A stretch of 64,000 nucleotides of DNA from a virus: positions 18,883 through 82,882 of the IMG/VR virus record IMGVR_UViG_3300019360_000008, one strand, 5' to 3'. The position numbers were made by a program, and so were the translations under genes. A model generated the notes under the pieces. It saw nothing but the letters and a program-made list of their open reading frames with translations, had not been told where the DNA came from and searched no databases. Positions within the stretch are counted from its first letter, which is position 1; each line of letters starts with the position of its first letter. Shown in pieces: positions 21,312 through 30,309 of the stretch.

Positions 21312-22414
21312 GTCAGTTCAAATTTGCATGGATGAGTGACACACATGTCGGTTATCGTCAGTACGGCTTGGAGCGGCGCGAGTGTGACTTCCGGCTATCC
21401 TTCATCGCTGCCGTGCAGACGGCCATTAACGTGGGCTGCAAATTCGTCATTCATTCTGGTGACATCATCCACAACAACCGGCCGACTGCCCAGACGATAC
21501 TGTGCCTAAAGGAAGCACACGACCGGCTAAGGCAGGCCAAAATTCCGCTGTGGGTCGTCAGCGGCAACCATGACTTCAGCGAGCCTCACTGGATCCAGAC
21601 CATCAACCCGGACAACGACAAGGACGGGATCTTCCTAATCGATGGTAAGATCGTGAAATATGGCGGATTCACCGTCTACGGCTGTCCCTGGCTGCCACGC
21701 GAAGGCTTCCTTGCCTCGATACCTCAGATCCCCGACGCCGACGTAATCGTGTGGCACGGGGCGATCTCGGAGTTCGTCGGGTTCCCTAGAGCGTCCGCAT
21801 TAAGGCTGGAAGAGCTTCCGCTAAGCAAGTGTCAGTTATGGGCGGCCGGCGACATCCACGTCAACCGAATGCTTACCGTCGAAAACAAGGTCCGCGGCGG
21901 GGTGACCCATGTCGGCTATCCCGGATCGACCGAGATGAACTCTTCTTCTGAGCCGGACGAGAAGGTCGTAAAGATTGTTTCGGTCGAGGACAACAAGATT
22001 CTTAGGCTGGATGACCTGCCGGTGACCACCCGAAGGGTAGTGCGTTTCACGATTAGCTGCGAGGATGATGTCTCGCATCGAATCGATGAGTTGAAGGCTA
22101 TGGCTAACGGTGATCGGTTCTCGCCGTTAGTCTATATCAAGTTCCCTAGCAATCTGGGATTCGACCTGCCGGGGCGATTCAATACCGCCCTCAACCCAAA
22201 CGAATTCGTATTGCGCTTCGAGCAGGACACGGTGGCCCGCGAGGAGTCCGGAGATTACGTTCCGATCGTCAACATGACATCATCCCCCGAGGACATCCTG
22301 CACACAATGCTGCCGCCCAATAGTGACATCCTGCCAGTCGCCCGCAAGCTAATCGACCCGGCCCAGGACGCCAGCCGCATTTTGGACGAGTACATCGACG
22401 CTGTCTGCCAATGA
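21308..22414 (+). CDS. sbcD: SbcD/Mre11-like nuclease (metallophosphoesterase)
   Basis: SDTHVG, SGDI, SGNHD, GDIH and YPGS motifs; upstream of SbcC. Confidence 0.9.
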   Translation: MSQFKFAWMSDTHVGYRQYGLERRECDFRLSFIAAVQTAINVGCKFVIHSGDIIHNNRPTAQTILCLKEAHDRLRQAKIPLWVVSGNHDFSEPHWIQTINPDNDKDGIFLIDGKIVKYGGFTVYGCPWLPREGFLASIPQIPDADVIVWHGAISEFVGFPRASALRLEELPLSKCQLWAAGDIHVNRMLTVENKVRGGVTHVGYPGSTEMNSSSEPDEKVVKIVSVEDNKILRLDDLPVTTRRVVRFTISCEDDVSHRIDELKAMANGDRFSPLVYIKFPSNLGFDLPGRFNTALNPNEFVLRFEQDTVAREESGDYVPIVNMTSSPEDILHTMLPPNSDILPVARKLIDPAQDASRILDEYIDAVCQ

Positions 22415-22695
22415 GACAGTTTATCTACGAACACGCATTAACTCCAGGCGGGCTCGTAGAAGACCCTGTTTGGATAATGACTATCTTCTGCGAAGGTCAG
22501 TTCCTTGGACGCTACGGCTACTGGGAGCTGACCGACGCGGAGATCGAGGACGCCGCAACGTTTCGGGCGTCTGCACTGTTGGGGGTATCCTTTCTGGACC
22601 TCAAGCTGCACAACTGTGTGATCGCGTTGACCAAGTGCAATGACATGATCACGATGCGGTATAGTGACACTACCATGTGTTTCCATAAAATATGA
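22411..22695 (+). CDS. hypothetical protein
   Basis: 94 aa ORF overlapping both sbcD and sbcC. Confidence 0.5.
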   Translation: MRQFIYEHALTPGGLVEDPVWIMTIFCEGQFLGRYGYWELTDAEIEDAATFRASALLGVSFLDLKLHNCVIALTKCNDMITMRYSDTTMCFHKI

Positions 22696-25178
22696 TCATC
22701 ACACGGCTCATACTAAAAAATTTCGGTCGTCACCGTAACCTAGACATCCGCCCACACGCCCACGTGGTAGGCATGCTCGGTGAAAACGACGCCGGTAAAT
22801 CCACCGTCTTGGAGGCTGTGCAGTTTGCAATAACTGGAGAAACACCGTACGATCAGGATTCCTACGTCACGTACGGCGAGGACAATGGATCCGTCGAACT
22901 CACCTTCATACGCCACGGCCAAACCGGTACCATCTTCCGTCAGGTAGGCAAGACACCAAAGCGCACGCTGGTGTGGGAGGATAAGACCATCAAGGCAGCC
23001 AAGGAAGTTGACGAGATCATGGCCTCGATTCTTGGCGCCGACAAGAAGGCTGTGAGCGCCGCAGTGTTTATTCCACAAGGCGACCTGCAGAACCTCCTGT
23101 TTGGAAAGCAGTCTGACCGCGAGGTCTTGTTCATCCGGTTGGTCAACCTTGCGTTTTGCGAACAGACCGCCAAGATACTTGACGGTAAGATCAAGAAGGT
23201 TTCCAGCACGGTGCTGGATCTGACGACCGTCATCGACGAAGCCCGTGTGGTCCTACAGCAGACAGACTCCGCACTCGCCGCGGCCCGCACTGGACTGGCT
23301 GATCTGCACGACCTGCAGAACGTCCTCAACAGGGGCCAGCAGCGTGCCAACGTGAAAGCCCAGAAGGAAACGGCCCAGCACCAACACCGAGACGCCTGCC
23401 AACGCAAGAACGAGAAAGCTTCGGCACTGACAGCCTTGTTGACTACCCGGGGCTTCGTCGAACCCGGAGCGGTGCGGGCGCAGATTGGTATACTGAACAA
23501 CCTTCGGTTGCCTATCGTCAAGGACATTGACCGGATCACTAACGACATTGCCAAGCTGGAAAGACTGAACACGCTGGCCCAGCAGTTCAATGAGGCGTCC
23601 GAAGCAGTTTCCCAACTTACGGCCAAACATGGCGCCGCCGTGACCCTCCTACCGCCGGACCCCAACTCGGCCGTTGCTGAGCTGCAAAAGCTTAGTCGCG
23701 AAGGTGCGGAGTATCAGCAATTCGCCAACAGTGTCGATTCGTTCGTTCAAGAAATCGCCCGACAGACACACGAACTATCGCTGGTGGTTGTGCCTGATCA
23801 CTCTGCAAGGCTGGAAGTGCTTGGACGTGAAGTGATGACGCAGCGGACGCTGCTCGATCAGAATCGTCGATGGCTTGCCAGTCAGGAGCAGATCCAGAAG
23901 TGCAGCAGCAAGGCTGACGCTGAAGGTAAATGCAAGGACTGCGGCCTGCGGCTGGCCCCCCAGCAAGACTTTGATCCCGCTCTGATGGATACGTTGCGTG
24001 CCGGCATCAAGACCACCGAGGCTGACATCTCGGCTAAAGCGCTGGAGAGTAGCCGACTACTGGGCGAGCAAAATGGTGCCCTGACCCGGCAGACCGATCT
24101 GAAGCGGAGCGTAGAATTCTTGAGCCAACAGCTCGCTCAACAGCGTGAAAACCTGAACAAAGTACCGCACGCCAAATATGTCGATGTGGAATCGGTGAAC
24201 CGGCAGATCCGGGAACTCACCGACCGCATACGAGATCTGGCCAACATGGCGGACGAGCTGGAGAAAGGTAAGCAGAGACGGGACAAGATCGGCAAGGACA
24301 TAGCTGACGTCGGCATGGTCGATAGCTCCCAGGTCAGCCAAGAGTTGCTGACCCGGGCGAGATCACAGCGCGACACGATTGACGCCCAGATCCGAGACCT
24401 GACCGCATTCGACCAGGACGTTACCAAGCTGGCTACCGACCTACGGATCGTCGAGACACAACTGCAGACAATCGACGAACAAATCGAGACCTGTGACAAC
24501 ACGCTGGCGGGCCTCCCGTTGGACGTTGAAGAGGCCAACTTGCTAACGCGGTTCGACGGTAAGCTGGATCTCGTACAGGCCGAACTGCAGGCCCGGCACG
24601 ACCGATGGTTGCAGCAGAACGGCATGGTGATCGAAGCTCAACGTGCGAACATGGCTGCCCAAGTTAGAATCAAGGAACTGGAGGAACGTGCCAATCAGGA
24701 CTCTAAGCGGCGGTCGTGCCTGAACCGACTGCAGGAACTCAAGGCCCTCATGTCCAGGCAAGGATTGCCGGGCAAGTACGTCGCGCACAGGTTCACCCAG
24801 CTGGCCATGCTGACCCAGGCCCATCTGACCAAGATGGTGTCCCGGTTCGATGTCTACATTGACCCAGAGATCCCGCTGTCCTTCCGCTTCAAGCGTCGAG
24901 ATGATGGAGCTGACCTGCCAATGACCAAGCTGTCTGGCGGGCAGCGGGTGCGCTTATCGCTGGCGTTCCTGATGGCTGTCCAGGAAGCTTTGGTGCCCGA
25001 CGTAGGGCTCTTGGTGCTGGACGAGCCCTCGATGCACCTGGACCTCGCCGGCAAGGCCAGCTTGGCCGAGCTGTTGACGGAAGCCGGGCAACGACTCAGT
25101 GTCGGCGAGTCCCAGATTTGGGTCTCCGATCACGCAATCGAACTGGAGCCCTCCTTTGGGGTCACGGTTCGTCTTTAA
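22692..25178 (+). CDS. sbcC: SbcC/Rad50-like SMC ATPase
   Basis: Walker A GENDAGKS, Q-loop PQG, coiled coils, CKDC zinc hook, LSGGQ signature, LVLDEP. Confidence 0.92.
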   Translation: MIITRLILKNFGRHRNLDIRPHAHVVGMLGENDAGKSTVLEAVQFAITGETPYDQDSYVTYGEDNGSVELTFIRHGQTGTIFRQVGKTPKRTLVWEDKTIKAAKEVDEIMASILGADKKAVSAAVFIPQGDLQNLLFGKQSDREVLFIRLVNLAFCEQTAKILDGKIKKVSSTVLDLTTVIDEARVVLQQTDSALAAARTGLADLHDLQNVLNRGQQRANVKAQKETAQHQHRDACQRKNEKASALTALLTTRGFVEPGAVRAQIGILNNLRLPIVKDIDRITNDIAKLERLNTLAQQFNEASEAVSQLTAKHGAAVTLLPPDPNSAVAELQKLSREGAEYQQFANSVDSFVQEIARQTHELSLVVVPDHSARLEVLGREVMTQRTLLDQNRRWLASQEQIQKCSSKADAEGKCKDCGLRLAPQQDFDPALMDTLRAGIKTTEADISAKALESSRLLGEQNGALTRQTDLKRSVEFLSQQLAQQRENLNKVPHAKYVDVESVNRQIRELTDRIRDLANMADELEKGKQRRDKIGKDIADVGMVDSSQVSQELLTRARSQRDTIDAQIRDLTAFDQDVTKLATDLRIVETQLQTIDEQIETCDNTLAGLPLDVEEANLLTRFDGKLDLVQAELQARHDRWLQQNGMVIEAQRANMAAQVRIKELEERANQDSKRRSCLNRLQELKALMSRQGLPGKYVAHRFTQLAMLTQAHLTKMVSRFDVYIDPEIPLSFRFKRRDDGADLPMTKLSGGQRVRLSLAFLMAVQEALVPDVGLLVLDEPSMHLDLAGKASLAELLTEAGQRLSVGESQIWVSDHAIELEPSFGVTVRL

Positions 25179-25242
25179 CGATAACGTAAACCGGCGGTCG
25201 AGATACCCACGCTCGACCGCCGGTCATTCTTTAACGATAACG
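25172..25242. repeat. 13-bp perfect hairpin flanked by 15-bp direct repeats
   Basis: TCTTTAACGATAACG at 25172 and 25228; stem ACCGGCGGTCGAG/CTCGACCGCCGGT at 25190-25224. Confidence 0.85.
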
Positions 25243-25244
25243 AT

Positions 25245-25598
25245 ATGAAGATTCCACCCATCGAGGTAGTGAAGAAACTCACAGAATTGTACGAAGAGAT
25301 CGACGCACTGCGCAAACAACACGGCATCTCGAACCGCGGAGATGTTATCTGGAAAGCTGACTTAAACAGTGTCGACGATCGATACATCATTGTCGTTGCC
25401 GAAGGTGACGGTAGTGCTACTTGCTCGCAGGTCAGCGGCAACTTTCCCGTGGACTACATGACAGAAAGCAGCAAAGACTTCAGCTTGGAAAGCGATGCCC
25501 GTAAGTTCGCGAAATCCGTAATCGAGTCCGAATTCGGCGACGGTGACTTTGATCTCGCCTGCGAGCTGTGGGACCAAGAACCCTCTCAAGGGAATTGA
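25245..25598 (+). CDS. hypothetical protein
   Basis: 117 aa acidic ORF. Confidence 0.6.
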   Translation: MKIPPIEVVKKLTELYEEIDALRKQHGISNRGDVIWKADLNSVDDRYIIVVAEGDGSATCSQVSGNFPVDYMTESSKDFSLESDARKFAKSVIESEFGDGDFDLACELWDQEPSQGN

Positions 25599-25623
25599 CA
25601 TAGTGCTGGGTCGACCACATATT
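25595..25623 (+). promoter_or_regulatory. sigma70-like promoter TTGACA-17-CATATT
   Basis: Perfect -35, 17-nt spacer, ATG 8 nt after the -10. Confidence 0.6.
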
Positions 25624-25631
25624 GAAACTCG

Positions 25632-26225
25632 ATGATCATCCTCATCAAGATCCGACTGACCTCCCCCATACTAGGCGAGAATCGTCTGGACAGCCGTGGT
25701 GTGCGCAAATTCAAGAAGCGTTCGGGTGGAGATATATTGATCGACAAACGTCACTGGAATGAGCAGTTGGACACGGCCAAAGGAATCCTGAAGCTGCCCG
25801 TCAACAACAGCTGCGTTATCATCCCGGACAAGTATGTCTCGCCCACGCTTCATCTTTACAGACGGCGCTTCAGCGGCACAAAGATTGAATTGTTTGAGTC
25901 TATCAGGACCGGGACTGTCCTTACCTTTGAGCTGGCCACGCGCGAGGATCAGCCGAACTGCCCGACGCTCGATCAGATCGAAAAGATGCTTGTCGTGATC
26001 GGTGAGCATCTGGGTCTAAGTCAATGGGGTTCCAAGTTCGGTTTCGGCCGCTTCAAAGTGCAAACCTGCCTACAAAAGAATGTCAACCTCCCTAGTGAGT
26101 CAACAGATAGTATGGTCGTCGAACAATATGACGATCATCAACCCGCACCCGGCGCAAGAGAAGTATCTGCACTACCAACACAAGAGTCTGGAGCTAGTGG
26201 GGTGGAAACGGGAAAGTCGAACTGA
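25632..26225 (+). CDS. stand-alone RAMP-superfamily (Cas7/Csm3-like) protein
   Basis: N-terminal IKIRLTSPILG strand, FESIRTGTVLTFEL, and Gly-rich loop GLSQWGSKFGFGRFKV, in RAMP motif order. Confidence 0.6.
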   Translation: MIILIKIRLTSPILGENRLDSRGVRKFKKRSGGDILIDKRHWNEQLDTAKGILKLPVNNSCVIIPDKYVSPTLHLYRRRFSGTKIELFESIRTGTVLTFELATREDQPNCPTLDQIEKMLVVIGEHLGLSQWGSKFGFGRFKVQTCLQKNVNLPSESTDSMVVEQYDDHQPAPGAREVSALPTQESGASGVETGKSN

Positions 26226-27531
26226 GACCGTACGGCTCTTCCAGGTCATTCACGCCGAGAATCCTCGGATCATACAAACCTTTCAAGGGTTTGTAGATGA
26301 GATAGTCAACCTAGCAGTACGCAACAAAGTTACGTATGAGCTGTTGGACCGTCGTACATGGTTACCGCAGCCCGACTTGACCAAGGCCGGAGGCTTCCGT
26401 TTCAATCAGGCGCAGCTGTTTGAAGAGTTCATAACCAAGCAACGTTCCGGTCTCCTGCAGGCTTGCACCAGATATGGCAAAAGTTCCTTAATTGCAAACA
26501 CGATGCGCGTCTACCCGGGCGTCAAGACCGTACTGGCCGCCCCTGGCGTTGACTTGCTGGGGCAGCTCGTGGACGACATGCGCAAGAAGCTTCCGGGTCG
26601 TGAGGTCTTGGGTATCTTTACTGGCTCACGTAACAAGAAGCAGTCTGACGACATTACCGTCACCAGCCTGGACTCCTTGGAGAAGGTGGACTTTGAGGGC
26701 ACCAAGCTTTTGCTGATCGACGAACCCCACGCTGCAGTCAGCGAATCCCGGGCGCCCCTGCTGGCCAAGTTCACGAACGCGCGTGTGCTCGGTTATGGTG
26801 CGACCTTGTCCGGCCGTTTCGACGGCGCAGACAAGCTCATCAGAGGGCTGATGGGGCCGGTACTGGCGCGACGTACCTATGCGGAAGCGGTGGCCGAAGG
26901 TGCCATCTGCCCCATCCATGTCTGGATGGTCAAACTGTCGTTTCCGAAGTTCAGCGCCTACAATCGAGACCGCGCCTATCGCGACCTCTTGTACGCCAAC
27001 AAGGACTTCAACCATCTGGTCAAGGCGCTGTCCGACACCATCATCCCCAGGGAGTTCCAAACCATCATCTTTGCCGACGAGAAGAAACAGATCGAGCTGA
27101 TGGCTGAATTCGTCCCTTCCAGCGAGCAGGCGATCGCCTGCAAGATGAAGCCGGCCGAACGCAAAGAACTGTTTGGGCGCATGGTACGTGGGGAAATCAA
27201 GCGGTGCATAGCCACCGACATATTCTCGACCGGTGTTACGTTCCCGGACGTGAGGGTTGTCATAAACGCTTGCGGAGGAGGAGGGGGCATTACCTCCACT
27301 CAGAAGCCTGGTCGTCTGGCCGAGATCCGTCCCGGAAAGTCCAGGGGGCATGTGATCGATTTCTTGTTTACCTGCCAGGATTTCCCTGATGAGGCAATCA
27401 GGGAAGTCGACATCAGACAGAATCCCTGGAAGTATGTTGTCCTTGACAGCGCCGCTCGCCTCAAGGTCTATCAAGAGAACGGATATGATGTTCGGATCGT
27501 GGACTCCATTGACGAGATCAAAATTGAATGA
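26080..27531 (+). CDS. superfamily 2 helicase (UvsW/XPB-like)
   Basis: Motif I TRYGKS, II IDEPH, III GAT, V STGVTFP, VI QKPGRL. Confidence 0.85.
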   Translation: MSTSLVSQQIVWSSNNMTIINPHPAQEKYLHYQHKSLELVGWKRESRTETVRLFQVIHAENPRIIQTFQGFVDEIVNLAVRNKVTYELLDRRTWLPQPDLTKAGGFRFNQAQLFEEFITKQRSGLLQACTRYGKSSLIANTMRVYPGVKTVLAAPGVDLLGQLVDDMRKKLPGREVLGIFTGSRNKKQSDDITVTSLDSLEKVDFEGTKLLLIDEPHAAVSESRAPLLAKFTNARVLGYGATLSGRFDGADKLIRGLMGPVLARRTYAEAVAEGAICPIHVWMVKLSFPKFSAYNRDRAYRDLLYANKDFNHLVKALSDTIIPREFQTIIFADEKKQIELMAEFVPSSEQAIACKMKPAERKELFGRMVRGEIKRCIATDIFSTGVTFPDVRVVINACGGGGGITSTQKPGRLAEIRPGKSRGHVIDFLFTCQDFPDEAIREVDIRQNPWKYVVLDSAARLKVYQENGYDVRIVDSIDEIKIE

Positions 27532-27662
27532 ACAAGAAAACGCCGACTGCCGATATGGTCGGTAAGACATCCAGAAGGATGCAGGTGGTAGAAAAGCTGA
27601 CCGAGGTTCGACTCGACAGGACCTTTGTGTTAATCTGTGGCCCGCTCGACGGCCATATATGA
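27528..27662 (+). CDS. 44-aa small ORF
   Basis: ATGA overlap with the helicase stop; MNKKTPTADMVGKTSRRMQVVEKLTEVRLDRTFVLICGPLDGHI. Confidence 0.4.
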   Translation: MNKKTPTADMVGKTSRRMQVVEKLTEVRLDRTFVLICGPLDGHI

Positions 27663-27668
27663 AAACTT

Positions 27669-27761
27669 CGTGCGTCGCTGCGGAAGGTACGCAGAGCCAG
27701 ACAATGGAACGTCCGTAATATCCAATAGGGACAGACCCGGTTTCGAGTCCGGGACGCACGT
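27669..27761 (+). ncRNA. tRNA-like RNA with non-canonical central arms
   Basis: Acceptor CGTGCGT/ACGCACG, D-arm CTGCG-GAAGGTA-CGCAG, T-arm CCCGG-TTTCGAGT-CCGGG; intergenic; no clean anticodon arm and no encoded CCA. Confidence 0.55.
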
Positions 27762-27767
27762 CATACT

Positions 27768-28079
27768 ATGAAGTTGACTGACAAGCAGATAAACTGGCTG
27801 ATCAAGCAGACGGATGTAATTGAGATAAATGGCTCAGACTACGACGAACTGCACACGCTAGGACATGACGTGACCGGCAAACCGGACAACACGGTGGTCT
27901 GGGAAGCCTCATTCGAGGACGAAGATCTAATATACGAAGAAACCATCACGCTTGGAGATCTACGCCACGGTGAAGTATGCGATGATGACGACCTAATCAC
28001 TGCAGACGGCAGGGTCTTGGTCTTCAAGTGCGGACAAGTTATCGAATTGAAAGAACTTAACAATGAAGATCCAAATTGA
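27768..28079 (+). CDS. acidic hypothetical protein
   Basis: 103 aa ORF. Confidence 0.6.
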   Translation: MKLTDKQINWLIKQTDVIEINGSDYDELHTLGHDVTGKPDNTVVWEASFEDEDLIYEETITLGDLRHGEVCDDDDLITADGRVLVFKCGQVIELKELNNEDPN

Positions 28080-28320
28080 CAGAACCCTCTATTTCGAGAT
28101 CGTCGGTCGACCCGGCAAGCCCTCGACGATCTCATCCAATCTGAAGTTGGAAGACGTAGACGATCAAGAAGATCAGGCATGGAACAACCACATAGACATG
28201 CTAGAAAGTATGATCCTTGCTCATCACGTAGCCGGGATAGATGTCACGTCTGAAGCCTATCTGGCCGGCATACGCACTGCGGTGGAAGTCGCGAGTAACG
28301 TCATATCGGAGATGGTGTAG
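28063..28320 (+). CDS. hypothetical protein
   Basis: 85 aa; IDMLESMILAH..AGIDV..AY pattern seen in small phage/plasmid proteins. Confidence 0.6.
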   Translation: MKIQIDRTLYFEIVGRPGKPSTISSNLKLEDVDDQEDQAWNNHIDMLESMILAHHVAGIDVTSEAYLAGIRTAVEVASNVISEMV

Positions 28321-28354
28321 GTCACTGCCCGATCCTGGGTGAACCTCTGAATCT

Positions 28355-28531
28355 ATGGCATTACTGACCGAAGATGTCGTCCTCGATACGATTGCTGCGT
28401 ACTCGGAGAAACACCCGATGACACGCCAGCAGGTTGAAGACCTGGTGGAGCTGCTTGCAATTGAAATGTCGCCAACCGGATGGAAGGGGCTGAAGGCTTC
28501 AATCCTGACCCGCTTGACCGTGCCCGCATAG
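28355..28531 (+). CDS. 58-aa hypothetical protein
   Basis: MALLTEDVVLDTIAAYSEKHPMTRQQVEDLVELLAIEMSPTGWKGLKASILTRLTVPA; fills the gap. Confidence 0.5.
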   Translation: MALLTEDVVLDTIAAYSEKHPMTRQQVEDLVELLAIEMSPTGWKGLKASILTRLTVPA

Positions 28532-28555
28532 GGCTGACCCTCGTAGAATCACAAT

Positions 28556-29695
28556 ATGAACTTGATGACCGCAAATCAACAGTGGATGAGCCGCCCAGCC
28601 GACCAGCGTTTTGAAACGCTCGAAGCCTTGGCCGCCTCTGTCAATGCCCGTCGCAAACTGTCCACGGCCGTTGACATCGACTTCCGCAAACTTCATGTCG
28701 AGTCTCAAACGATCGACATCTCGCAGGTCGATGCGCCGCCCATCCAGGGCAGCCGTCTCGTCTTCAACAGCGAGATCCAGCCGGCCATACCGACACACTG
28801 GTCATTCGGCCAGATATGCCGGGAAACCAGGATGTCATCTGACACCATGCGCCGTCTCCCGACCAACATCGTGGCCGACGCACTTAACTACCGCCTGCAG
28901 AGGGTCGAGAAGCCCGATCTGAAGCTCATGGCCATTCAAGACCCGGAAGGTGAAGTCAACACCCTGCAGGCCGTCACGAGCCGCACGTACGGTCGTATCT
29001 GGGATGCCGACGTCGTACAGGCCACCCAGAACCTCGTCGCGACTGCCGAGGAGAAGCACGGCAAGAAGTTCTTCAACCCCAAGGACTGGTCTGGCAAGCC
29101 GTCCGGCCTGTATGCGTCTGACCACGACGTCTTCCTGTTCATGATCGACGGCGGTTCCGTCGTCGACGTGGGCTGGGACCAGAAGGGTCAGCGAGACCTC
29201 ATGCACCGAGGATTTATCATTCGAAACTCCGAAGTCGGTGCCGCAAGCTTTGGGATCATGATGTTCATGTTCCGGGTCGTATGCGGGAACCATTGTATAT
29301 GGGACACATCTGACCTACGGGAGCTTATGATACGACACACCGCCAACGGTCCGACGCGCTTCGTCGCCGAGGCTATGCCGCACCTGGAAGCATATTGCAA
29401 CCAGGCCGCCAAGCCACAGGAGGACGCGATCAAAAAGGTGCGCGGGTTCCTGCTGCCGCAGAAGGACGACGATATTATTGTCCTCGGCAAGAAGTATGGC
29501 TTCACTCGCGGAGAAACCGTGGCTGCTATCGCGTCAGCCAAACGAGAAGAAGGTCAGTGCGCCACCGGATGGGACTTAATAAACGGGTACACTGCTCATG
29601 CCCGTACGTTTGAGCATATCGACACTCGCCTTGATCTCGAAAGTCGGGCCGGTAAGCTGATCAACGTGTTCAGTGCCACGGCCGTTACGGCCTAA
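28556..29695 (+). CDS. DUF932-family protein
   Basis: QWMSRPADQRF, PTHWSFGQ, YGRIWDADV, LYASDHDVF, NSEVG, VCGNH. Confidence 0.8.
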   Translation: MNLMTANQQWMSRPADQRFETLEALAASVNARRKLSTAVDIDFRKLHVESQTIDISQVDAPPIQGSRLVFNSEIQPAIPTHWSFGQICRETRMSSDTMRRLPTNIVADALNYRLQRVEKPDLKLMAIQDPEGEVNTLQAVTSRTYGRIWDADVVQATQNLVATAEEKHGKKFFNPKDWSGKPSGLYASDHDVFLFMIDGGSVVDVGWDQKGQRDLMHRGFIIRNSEVGAASFGIMMFMFRVVCGNHCIWDTSDLRELMIRHTANGPTRFVAEAMPHLEAYCNQAAKPQEDAIKKVRGFLLPQKDDDIIVLGKKYGFTRGETVAAIASAKREEGQCATGWDLINGYTAHARTFEHIDTRLDLESRAGKLINVFSATAVTA

Positions 29696-29755
29696 ACACT
29701 AGCAAAGGCGACTCACCGTGTACTTCTTTTGTTTCGGGTGCCGATGATGAAAGTC

Positions 29756-29792
29756 AAGTGCGGCTGCGCTAACTGCGTAGCCGCACTTCTTA
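29756..29792 (+). terminator. 14-bp hairpin, probable terminator
   Basis: AAGTGCGGCTGCGC-TAACT-GCGTAGCCGCACTT; short U tail. Confidence 0.55.
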
Positions 29793-29829
29793 CACGAACC
29801 ACCACCAATTAGGTAAAATTTCAAAGTAA

Positions 29830-30294
29830 ATGAGTGAAAGATATGATGTGCGCATTCGCTTCGGCGGACGACTTAAGAAAATATGTATTGGTCCCCTGCT
29901 GGAGGAGATCGCTAACGAAGGGCTTGATACTGAGTGGGGCATAATCAACGATTTGTCGGGTCTTCGGAAACATTTGTTGGCGGCAGCCGAAGAAAATCGT
30001 CCAGTCGAATACATGACCCATGAGTCAAACGGTATGCTTGATAAGATGAAGGATCTCCTGCAGAACATCGGGTTATCATACCAAGTGGAGCTTAGCGGTA
30101 ATGATCAATATGCGCCGACCACAACTGTCTGGCGCCCCGGAACCATTGAGGGTTACTTCTTGACCAGCGACAACAAGCCCGTAATCCTACTGGAGCTCAT
30201 CCAGGCGGCCAACACAGAGGCCGAACTGAAAAAGCTGATCGGTGAAATCACGGAATTGGCCGAACCGCTTCCCAGCTTACAGTTGGTCGACTGA
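29830..30294 (+). CDS. hypothetical protein
   Basis: 154 aa ORF. Confidence 0.6.
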   Translation: MSERYDVRIRFGGRLKKICIGPLLEEIANEGLDTEWGIINDLSGLRKHLLAAAEENRPVEYMTHESNGMLDKMKDLLQNIGLSYQVELSGNDQYAPTTTVWRPGTIEGYFLTSDNKPVILLELIQAANTEAELKKLIGEITELAEPLPSLQLVD

Positions 30295-30309
30295 CAGGTA
30301 AATTGAAAC

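Noticed and set aside
27540-27660. Several small hairpins as a separate ncRNA
   Set aside because: The region is explained by a 44-aa ORF coupled to the helicase, and the stems are short.
26626-27759. 377-aa minus-strand ORF and similar long antisense ORFs (2312..3226, 22940..23665)
   Set aside because: Shadow ORFs opposite well-supported genes in GC-rich DNA; no motifs.
25100-28600. CRISPR or short-period guide array near the RAMP gene
   Set aside because: Read by eye on both strands; no regular repeat-spacer or fixed-period motif was found.
29680-29760. Riboswitch- or hammerhead-like words (GCAAAG, GATGA..GAAA)
   Set aside because: The required stems and motif order could not be built.
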